This document shows positions 9,537 to 16,058 of a DNA stretch of 32,000 nucleotides, in pieces; position 1 is the first letter of the stretch, and every line of letters begins with the position of its first letter. Position numbers and translations under genes: made by a program. Location of the stretch: contig NZ_CP011391.1 in the NCBI RefSeq assembly GCF_001564455.1, positions 1,500,001 to 1,532,000 on the forward strand, read 5' to 3'. The DNA comes from Faecalibaculum rodentium (GTDB lineage: Bacteria; Bacillota_I; Bacilli_A; Erysipelotrichales; Erysipelotrichaceae). A model generated the notes under the pieces. The model saw only the letters and a program-made list of their open reading frames with translations. It ran no database searches and had not been told where the DNA came from.

Positions 9537-9760
9537 GAAAGAATTCTGGAGCGCCCTTTACAGTGGGCTATCCCCTGGTAGACTGATGAGCCTTCAGCCA
9601 AGAACTGTCAGATATTGACTCTTTGGATGAAGGCAAGAGAAAGGGGTCCAGGGGATAGTGGGCCCCACTGTCAAGGGAGGAAGCGGAGGAAATCTTTCGT
9701 AGAATTGGCAGTATCTGCCGACTCTCTAAAATCAGTGTCCGTTTTCTTGACATAGGACCA

Positions 9761-10291
9761 CTGACCGTAACGGGTAATGCCCTTTTTCTCTGTTTCGTTT
9801 TCGACAACGTAGTTTCTCTCGGATTCCTTATAGCCCTTCTGGCTTTCCGCAATCATCAGGACTTTTTCCGTATCAGACTTGTCCTTCAGTGCTTCTTCAT
9901 CAGGAAGGGTCTTCTTCCAGTCCTCTTCGGTTTCCTTGTCGGCTTCGGGATCGGAGAAGCACTCCAGGCTGTGGGTGTGCTCTTCCTCTGTACATTCCAG
10001 CAGCTCACGGTAGCATTCATCGGAATGCGTGTGTTCTTCCAGCGTGCAGGTCAGGTTGCCATCGGCATCGTAGCAATCCATTCCGTGCTGGTGTTCTTCC
10101 CTGCCGCAGGACTCGATTTCCTTGTAGCACTGCTCTGTGTGTTTATGCTCACTGCTGCCGCAATAGGCCTGGGCTTCCTGCGTAATGGCCGGAAGGATCA
10201 GGGCGTAGGTGGTGCAGAACACCACAATGCAGGACAGGATCCGCACAATGCGTTTCCAGGCCTTGCCTGAAAATAACTTTCCCTTTCTCAT
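9761..10291 (-). pseudogene. Pilus tip adhesin, upstream (N-terminal) fragment of 177 codons up to the IS junction
   Basis: The RBS is GAAGGTG and the signal or anchor helix reads RILSCIVVFCTTYALILPAITQEAQA. Four C-x3-EH-x-H-x3-C-[YF] repeats follow. The native sequence ends at ...GITRYGQ and then reads into the IS right end, stopping at 9671. Confidence 0.85.
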
Positions 10292-10303
10292 ATGTTCACC
10301 TTC

Positions 10304-10870
10304 TTAATTGACACTTCCCAATTGCGACAGTGGCCAGATCGTGTAGACCAGTTTTCCGACCACCTGTTCAGCAGCGACAGGACCAATGGACTTGTTGCGG
10401 GAATCTACCGACACACTGCGATGATCCCCCATCACAAACCACCGTCCGTCCGGAACCTGGTAGGGCAGATCAATGTTGGTATCGCCATAGGCAAGTTCAT
10501 CCACATATGGCTCTTCCAGCTGCTGCCCGTTCACGGTCACCGTTCCGTCTTTGGTGATATCGACCCAGTCACCGGGGCCGGCTATGACGCGTTTGACGAG
10601 AATCTTGTTGTTGTAGTAGAACGCAATGACGTCACCGGTCTTGAAGTCACCGGACTTCACGGCCGCAACGAGATTGCCTTCCTGGAGGGTGGGTTCCATG
10701 GATCCGCCGTAAACTTCCAAAACGGGCATCCACAGGGTGGCGACCAGAATGGCGAAAGCCGCCACGGTCACGAGGACATAGATGGTGGACTTCAGGGTGC
10801 TGCGGTACATCTTCCCGTGCTTCACCCGGTCCAGTTCTGCCCTTACCTCATGACTGCTCGGGCGTTCCAT
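10304..10870 (-). CDS. Type I signal peptidase (S26 family), pilus-locus associated
   Basis: The motifs are GGSMEPTL (Ser box), KRVIAGPGD (Lys box) and GDHRSVSVDSR. I trimmed the start to MERPSS, which has RBS GAGGAG 7 nt upstream. Confidence 0.85.
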   Translation of the reverse strand: MERPSSHEVRAELDRVKHGKMYRSTLKSTIYVLVTVAAFAILVATLWMPVLEVYGGSMEPTLQEGNLVAAVKSGDFKTGDVIAFYYNNKILVKRVIAGPGDWVDITKDGTVTVNGQQLEEPYVDELAYGDTNIDLPYQVPDGRWFVMGDHRSVSVDSRNKSIGPVAAEQVVGKLVYTIWPLSQLGSVN

Positions 10871-11177
10871 CTGACAGCTCCTCTGCCTCACTGACAGACA
10901 CTGTGTCTTCTGAAGGACTCTGATCTGTCGGTGGTTCACTCTGCTCCAGGTTTGCCTGGTAGATCTTCAGGGCTTCGTTGGCGGCTTCGAAGATGCCTGA
11001 GAGCTTCAGGGCTGCCTCTGCGAGAGACCCTGTGTTCTGGCAGATTAGCCGGCGGGATTCAATTTCCTTACGCAGCTCTTCGTTTTCGTGGCGCAGCCGT
11101 TCGTTTTCTTCGGTGGCATCCAGAAGCATTTCCAGAAGTTCCTGCCGGGAACTCTTTCTCAGTCGTTTGCTGTCCAT
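10848..11177 (-). CDS. Small cytoplasmic coiled-coil protein of unknown function, the first gene of the pilus cluster
   Basis: The sequence is heptad-rich (SSRQELLEMLLDATEENERLRHENEELRKEIE, then SLAEAALKLSGIFEAANEALKIYQANL) with an acidic tail and no signal peptide. The start is ATG at 11177 after AAAGGG. Confidence 0.6.
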   Translation of the reverse strand: MDSKRLRKSSRQELLEMLLDATEENERLRHENEELRKEIESRRLICQNTGSLAEAALKLSGIFEAANEALKIYQANLEQSEPPTDQSPSEDTVSVSEAEELSDGTPEQS

Positions 11178-11745
11178 ATCCACCGCCCTTTCTCTGTAAG
11201 CACTTTCTTGTTGGAATCTATCGTGGAAACGTTTACACCCTTCAGGAAAATAAAAGGCAATAAATCAGTTTAACGAAGGGTTCCGACATCAACTTTCTTT
11301 ATGCAGTTACAAATTACCACATTTGTTTCCAACCAGAAACCCCTTTCAGTAAAAAATTCCAACTTTTTGAGCCAATTGCTTGCAATTTATTGTATAGTCA
11401 TTTGTTTGTTTTCAAATTGTACTTATTATCCTGTTTTGTGTCATGAAACTTACTTTACTTGAGGAAATTATTGGGTAAAATTGACAAATATGCTGGCTGT
11501 GTAAACGCTTCAATCAACTCTGGATTCTCGAAACAGTCAATGATTTCTGTCTGTTTTGGAATTTATTGTCCCTTTTATTTCCGGTGAAAATCTCATAAAC
11601 TGTACCCCGCTATGTTCCATTGTTTTACGTTTCGCAACTGTGTGCCAGTCCTGACAGGTACCATATCAGACTCCTGCTCCCCTGCTCCTTTGTCTGTCCA
11701 GGTTCTCGATTTCCTGAATCTGAAGTGGATTTTTCCTCTTTTCTC

Positions 11746-11774
11746 TTGCCTTCGGATACCGGTGGTGATAAGAT
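11746..11774 (+). promoter_or_regulatory. Sigma-A-type promoter candidate for tRNA-Lys
   Basis: TTGCCT, 17 nt, TAAGAT, ending about 20 nt upstream of the tRNA 5' end. Confidence 0.5.
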
Positions 11775-11793
11775 AAACAAGCAGTCACGACAT

Positions 11794-11869
11794 GGATCCT
11801 TAGCTCAGCTGGCAGAGCAACTGACTCTTAATCAGTGGGTCTAGGGTTCGAATCCCTAAGGATCCACCA
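11794..11869 (+). tRNA. tRNA-Lys (anticodon CTT), CCA encoded
   Basis: The cloverleaf was read by hand: acceptor ggatcct/aggatcc, D arm gctc-agctggca-gagc, anticodon arm actga-ctCTTaa-tcagt, T arm taggg-ttcgaat-cccta, then ACCA. Confidence 0.9.
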
Positions 11870-11884
11870 TTGTAAAAAACTGCA

Positions 11885-11913
11885 GCCCGTCTCGGTCGAG
11901 ACGGGCTTTTTTT
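11885..11913 (+). terminator. Rho-independent terminator of tRNA-Lys
   Basis: The 9-bp stem gcccgtctc/gagacgggc has loop ggtc and is followed by TTTTTTT. Confidence 0.85.
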
Positions 11914-11919
11914 CGTCCA

Positions 11920-11978
11920 TTTTTCACGGTTTGGACTGGAGAAGAGTTTTACTCTTCTCCAGTCCAAACCGTGAAAAA
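11920..11978. repeat. Perfect 28-bp-stem palindrome with a 3-nt spacer
   Basis: tttttcacggtttggactggagaagagt (11920-11947), then ttt, then actcttctccagtccaaaccgtgaaaaa (11951-11978). The arms are exact reverse complements. Confidence 0.95.
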
Positions 11979-12504
11979 ATAGGATAGTGATGTGTTGAAG
12001 ATTGTGTAAATACGAAAATAACCAGACAGGTGTATGTCTGGTGTCAGAGAGATTGGTTGTGGTTCCCTGGCAGGAGCGGTTTTGTGCAGGAATGTTCGAG
12101 ATACCGGAGGTTACGTTACGGTTCCCGGTCTGCCTGAATTCAGTGAGATACATTCTATATACAGTGGTATCTGGAAGTGAACAAATTACGCTGCTGTCGT
12201 TTCGTTGCAACACTGGAACAATGACAGCTGCGGATCTGCACGACTTTCAGTCCTGCCGCTCCGTCTCTTTCGACTGATTTTTCTTCCGGATTCTGATAAC
12301 CCATTCCACATCTTCCTGCGAAGCTGTGAGTCTGCATCCCGGTTTATTCAATGTGCATTCGAGATTCTATGCGGTTATACCTGGCATAAGCAGAAGCACA
12401 CCATCCATAGGTCAGACTCCTTTCTTCCGGTGCCCGTCATTGGATTGGATGGGGTGCATGTTTGCCTGTACTGACAGAGAACCGAGCAGAGCCGCGTAAA
12501 CATG

Positions 12505-12536
12505 AAAGACCTGGGTGTTCAAGTATCCAGGTCTTT
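12505..12536 (-). terminator. Hairpin downstream of the Cys-rich protein gene
   Basis: The 10-bp stem aaagacctgg/ccaggtcttt has a 12-nt loop. T-rich runs flank it on both strands, so the strand assignment is uncertain. Confidence 0.45.
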
Positions 12537-12577
12537 GTTCTTTCTGCGGTATGATCGTTTTTCCTCCTATACTCGGA

Positions 12578-13054
12578 CTAAAGCGCAAGGATCTGGCCGT
12601 GTTCCAAAGCGGACTTGAGGTTAATGATCTTTACTCCTCTCCGTTTAAATCTGATCATGGCCCGGTCATGATCCAGCCGCTCGATCTTACCATGGCCGAA
12701 TGTCCTGTGGCAGACAGGATTTCCCTCCCTGAACCGGCTCAGCAGCTTTTTCAGCTCTGTCGGTCTGGCTGTTTTCCTGGATACAGGTTCGGATTGCTGA
12801 ATCGGCTCTGCATCCACCTCGTCAAACAGCCTGTTGAAAAACCTGCAGTCTTTGTTTGTGTTTTTCCCCAGCTGCGGTATGGCCATGCCATTGATCAGGC
12901 AATGCTTTTCGGCGCAGTTGCTGCAGGTATAACAGGAAGGGCGCACATCGCCATCTCCGTCATAGAGATTGATGATTGTCTGTCCGCAGCCGGTCCCGTA
13001 GCTGCCGCCTGCTGTCCTGTATTTGGCATAGTTCACCCGTCCATGTCTGCTCAT
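12578..13054 (-). CDS. Small Cys-rich protein (158 aa) with a Tudor/DUF3553-like C-terminus, function unknown
   Basis: I trimmed the start to MSRHGRV (RBS GAGGGA), because the longer ORF overlaps the tRNA. The N-terminal half has six Cys (GCGQ, SCYTCSNCAEKHC, DC). The C-terminal HRTFGHGKIERLDHDRAMIRFKRRGVKIINLKSALEHGQI resembles the PcrA/UvrD C-terminal tudor-type fold. Confidence 0.6.
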   Translation of the reverse strand: MSRHGRVNYAKYRTAGGSYGTGCGQTIINLYDGDGDVRPSCYTCSNCAEKHCLINGMAIPQLGKNTNKDCRFFNRLFDEVDAEPIQQSEPVSRKTARPTELKKLLSRFREGNPVCHRTFGHGKIERLDHDRAMIRFKRRGVKIINLKSALEHGQILAL

Positions 13055-13175
13055 GTTCTTCCCTCTTTTGAAACCACTTTCATAATCTAAGTATAAAGCA
13101 GTTTTCGCTTTACACAATGAAAGTCTGGATTTACAGTCAGCCGAGTACGGGCATTGTGTCAGAGTGAAAAACAGA

Positions 13176-13202
13176 ATAAAAAAGCGCACCGTCTGGTGCG
13201 CT
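13176..13202 (-). terminator. Rho-independent terminator of the second tRNA-Lys
   Basis: On the minus strand the stem is agcgcacc/ggtgcgct with loop agac, followed by TTTTTTAT. Confidence 0.8.
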
Positions 13203-13214
13203 GCAGTTTCTGAA

Positions 13215-13290
13215 TGGTGGATCCTTAGGGATTCGAACCCTAGACCCACTGATTAAGAGTCAGTTGCTCTGCCAGCTGAGCTAAGGATCC
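13215..13290 (-). tRNA. tRNA-Lys (anticodon CTT), identical to the 11794-11869 copy
   Basis: It is the exact reverse complement of the 76-nt plus-strand copy. Shared flanks extend about 5 nt upstream (gacat) and about 20 nt downstream (tt..aaactgcagc). Confidence 0.9.
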
Positions 13291-13308
13291 ATGTCCAACT
13301 GCCTGACT

Positions 13309-13337
13309 ATAATACCACGCCAGGCAGTGTATGTAAA
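13309..13337 (-). promoter_or_regulatory. Sigma-A-type promoter candidate for the second tRNA-Lys
   Basis: On the minus strand: TTTACA, 17 nt, TATTAT, ending about 18 nt upstream of the tRNA. It differs from the promoter of the other copy. Confidence 0.55.
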
Positions 13338-13344
13338 GCCTATA

Positions 13345-14091
13345 TCAGTCGTTGATCGAACGCACCACGGTACGGACGGGCTCGGTGTAGAGTTTATCTA
13401 CATCGTCTTCAGAACAGATGATGTAGTCTCCCGGACGCCCGATCTTGCTGCCATCAGCAGCAGCCACAATTCGGTCTGCCATTTTGACAAACTGCTTCTT
13501 GATCTCGTTTTCCGTTTCTTCGGAGGTGTTGCAGGAACCGTCTGCGATGCCGTCGGGGCTGAGCACATACAGGTCGGCTTTCATATCTTTGATGCCTTCC
13601 AGAGCCCCTTCTCCATGCCAGGCATCCTGACTGGCGTCATACTTGCCGCCGGCGGTGAATACCGTCATGCCTTCCACGGGTGCCAGAAGCATCATGGTTT
13701 TGGCAGAGGTGGTGATCACGGTGCACGGGATCTTCTGCCTGGCGAGTTCTTTCGCAACGTAGTAGCCGGTGCTGCCCGCATCCAGGATCACGGTCATATT
13801 CGGCTTGATTTCGCTGCTAACGAGCTCTTTTGCGATCCTGGCCTTGGCATCCTTGTGCAGGTTCAGGCGGGCAGCAACGGAGGTGCTGCGGGCCTTTCCT
13901 TCACAGGACATGGCACCGCCTTTGACCCGCTGCAGGTATCCTTTTCCTTCGAGGTATGCCAGGTCATTCCGGATGGTCGCGATAGATGCTCCGAAATGGG
14001 CGCAGAACTCGTTGACGCTGACGACTTCCCTCTCCTGCAGAATCTGCCGGATTTCGGTTTGTCTTTCTCTGGCGCGTTTCGAATTATTCAA
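13345..14091 (-). CDS. DeoR-family transcriptional regulator
   Basis: The N-terminal wHTH reads RQTEIRQILQEREVVSVNEFCAHFGASIATIRNDLAYLEGKGYLQRV, followed by a DeoR C-terminal sensor domain. The start is TTG after AGGAGG. Confidence 0.85.
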   Translation of the reverse strand: MNNSKRARERQTEIRQILQEREVVSVNEFCAHFGASIATIRNDLAYLEGKGYLQRVKGGAMSCEGKARSTSVAARLNLHKDAKARIAKELVSSEIKPNMTVILDAGSTGYYVAKELARQKIPCTVITTSAKTMMLLAPVEGMTVFTAGGKYDASQDAWHGEGALEGIKDMKADLYVLSPDGIADGSCNTSEETENEIKKQFVKMADRIVAAADGSKIGRPGDYIICSEDDVDKLYTEPVRTVVRSIND

Positions 14092-14186
14092 CTTTAGGTC
14101 CTCCTGTTGTCATATGGATAGATTATACACCATTCGCGCAAAATCCAATAAACATATAATTAATTTGTATATTTAGATTCCCTTTA

Positions 14187-14753
14187 TCAAGAAACAATCA
14201 CAGACTGGAGAATATTCACGGTTTCTTCAATGCCCAGGCTGCTCGTTTTCAGGCACAGGTCATAGTACCAGGCTCTGCCCCAGGAGTGTCCTGTGTAGTA
14301 TTTATAGTACGAGGCACGCTTCTTGTTCTTTTCCTTGAAGCGCCTGTCAAAGTCTTTTTCGTTCTCGCCGTAGATCGTCTTGATCCGGTCCTTCTTCCAG
14401 GCTTCATCGGCGTAGATGAAGACATTGAGGACATCCGTCCTGTCTTCCAGGATATAGTCGGCGCAGCGTCCCACAATGACACAGTTCCCCTTTTCCGCCA
14501 GGTCCAGGATCACCTTGCGCTGGGCGAGAAACAGCGAGTCCGAGAGGGAGAAAAAACCCATATTCCACATATTCCAGGACGTGATGTCCTCTCCATGCCG
14601 CTCGATGTACTCCGGGGCATAGCCGCTCTGTGCGGCGATCTTCGCAATGAGGGAATAATCGTAATACTCCCAGCCCAGCCGGTTCGCCAGTTCCTTTGCG
14701 ATCGTTCGGCCGCCTGACCCGAATTCCCGGGTAATTGTGATCACTCGTTTCAT
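14187..14753 (-). CDS. Cytidylate-kinase-like (AAA_28-type) P-loop protein
   Basis: MKRVITITREFGSGGRTIAKELANRLGW is the typical N-terminus of the cytidylate kinase-like family. I trimmed the start to the MKRV codon after AAGGAA. Confidence 0.7.
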   Translation of the reverse strand: MKRVITITREFGSGGRTIAKELANRLGWEYYDYSLIAKIAAQSGYAPEYIERHGEDITSWNMWNMGFFSLSDSLFLAQRKVILDLAEKGNCVIVGRCADYILEDRTDVLNVFIYADEAWKKDRIKTIYGENEKDFDRRFKEKNKKRASYYKYYTGHSWGRAWYYDLCLKTSSLGIEETVNILQSVIVS

Positions 14754-14851
14754 ACTTGTTCCTTTCTTTCTGCACATTCTGTTGTAAAATGCGCTTTTTT
14801 TGACACAACAGACCTGGATCTGAAACTCTCTCTCATTCCAGGCATTCCGCG

Positions 14852-15574
14852 CTACCTGCCTCCGCGACGCTCCGGATCCACGGCTTTGCCGTAATCCGGA
14901 AGGTCGCGGGCAATGTCGTAGACCGTGACCATGCCCTGAATCCGTTCCTTATTGTCCTTGACAAACAGGATCGCCAGACGCTGTCTTGCAGGTTTGCAGA
15001 AACGGGCTTCCAGGATGTGTACCGGGTCGTTTTCGTGACAGAACTCATAGCGCTCTCCATCAGGGTGGTCCAGCCTGACGTCTTCCAGCCACTGACTCAT
15101 GGTCTCCTGCCGTTTCAGTTGCTTTCCGCTGACCAGCCGGCGGAACACCGCATTTTCGCTGAATACCCCGGCCAGCTTTCCGTCTTTCCGGATGGGGATC
15201 CGCTTGACATGCTTCGTCTTCATCAGATCCAGCAGCTCTCCCACGGTGCTGTTCATGTCGCCCCACAAAATGCCGGTCGTCATGATGTCTTTCGCCCGGG
15301 TGGGGTTCTCCACGCGGGCAATGACATCCTTCAGCTGTTCCATGAGCACAGGCTGTACGACAAAACCCGGCTGTCCCTGGATCTCCACATTGTTGTGGAC
15401 GAGGATGTTGCGCAGGCCGCGGATTGTGTGAATGGTTTCCCGGTGGCTGTCAAAGTCCTCCAGCCCCGCCAGATAGTAATAGGGCGAGTCCTTGTCCTCC
15501 AGGTCATAGCGGGCCCGGACCAGGCTTTCAAAGGACTGGCAGAGGTTCAGGAACGATTCGTTGTCCTGGTTCAT
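14852..15574 (-). CDS. CBS-pair domain protein with an N-terminal helical domain carrying a HEPN-like RNxxxH motif
   Basis: Two CBS modules are present (AKDIMTTGILWG...IPIRKDGKLAGVFSE and ...LAILFVKDNKERIQGMVTVYDIARDL). The N-terminal 90 aa or so contain IRGLRNILVHNN. The start overlaps the folA stop as ATGA. Confidence 0.7.
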   Translation of the reverse strand: MNQDNESFLNLCQSFESLVRARYDLEDKDSPYYYLAGLEDFDSHRETIHTIRGLRNILVHNNVEIQGQPGFVVQPVLMEQLKDVIARVENPTRAKDIMTTGILWGDMNSTVGELLDLMKTKHVKRIPIRKDGKLAGVFSENAVFRRLVSGKQLKRQETMSQWLEDVRLDHPDGERYEFCHENDPVHILEARFCKPARQRLAILFVKDNKERIQGMVTVYDIARDLPDYGKAVDPERRGGR

Positions 15575-16050
15575 GGGCGTTCATAGCGGACATGGCGGTA
15601 GGCCAGCCCGTTTTCCTCCTGTCTTCCAAGTTCGGTGGCTTTCCAGGCATTGGCATCGAAGGCGGGAAAGTACACATCGGCGTCTGCATCGGCATCCACT
15701 TCCGTGAGCACCAGTGCACCGGCATATGGCAGCATCTGTGCATACAGACTCGCCCCCCCTATGCCGTAGACCAGTTCGTCCTTCGGGCCGTAGGCTTCAA
15801 GAAAGGCCTCGAGACTGTCGAAAATCTCGATGTCGGGATCGTCGCTGGTCATGGTCCGGGAAATCACCACATGGTGGCGGCCCGGGAGTTTGTGCGGGAG
15901 GGAGTCGAAGGTGTGTCGGCCCATGACAATGGTGTGGCCTCTGGTGGTCCGGGCGAAAAATTTGAGGTCTCCCGGGATGTCGAAAATGAGGTCGTTGTCC
16001 CTGCCCAGTTCCAGGTTCCGGCCCACGGCCGCAATGAGTTCCAGTTTCAT
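15571..16050 (-). CDS. folA: Dihydrofolate reductase
   Basis: MKLELIAAVGRNLELGRDNDLIFDIPGDLKFFARTTRGHTIVMGRHTFDSLP is the DHFR signature region. The start is ATG at 16050 after GAGG. Confidence 0.9.
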   Translation of the reverse strand: MKLELIAAVGRNLELGRDNDLIFDIPGDLKFFARTTRGHTIVMGRHTFDSLPHKLPGRHHVVISRTMTSDDPDIEIFDSLEAFLEAYGPKDELVYGIGGASLYAQMLPYAGALVLTEVDADADADVYFPAFDANAWKATELGRQEENGLAYRHVRYERP

Positions 16051-16058
16051 GGCGGACC

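Larger units (their letters stand above)
8257..9760 (+). mobile_element. IS3-family insertion sequence (1504 bp)
   Basis: The imperfect terminal IRs are TGACCTTAGAATAATTTACGGACAGTCCATTTAGAGATTC and, on the reverse complement of the right end, TGGTCCTATGTCAAGAAAACGGACACTGATTTTAGAGAGTC. A 3-bp direct repeat CTG lies at 8254-8256 and 9761-9763. The orfA/orfB arrangement includes an A7G slippery site. Confidence 0.9.

Noticed and set aside
8250-9567. The inverted 8-mer cccactgt / acagtggg, considered as the IS termini. This would make the element about 1.3 kb.
   Set aside because: The flanks would carry no direct repeat, and the adhesin frame could not be restored. The alternative right end at 9760 gives a 40-nt IR match (ACGGACAnTnnnTTTAGAGAnTC), a CTG target duplication and an exact in-frame junction.
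9568-9852. The 94-aa minus-strand ORF, and the tail of the 206-aa ORF (9671-9760) read as real coding sequence.
   Set aside because: Both lie inside the IS right end. The 206-aa ORF is the adhesin N-terminus reading through into IS sequence, so residues after ...RYGQ are not native.
12578-13249. The 223-aa version of the Cys-rich ORF.
   Set aside because: The upstream 65 codons overlap the tRNA-Lys gene and its terminator. An internal ATG at 13054 has a good RBS.
11794-13290. The tRNA-bracketed segment read as an integrated phage or ICE remnant with attL/attR.
   Set aside because: Site-specific integration duplicates the tRNA 3' part in direct orientation. Here two complete tRNA genes are inverted, and no integrase or phage gene is present.
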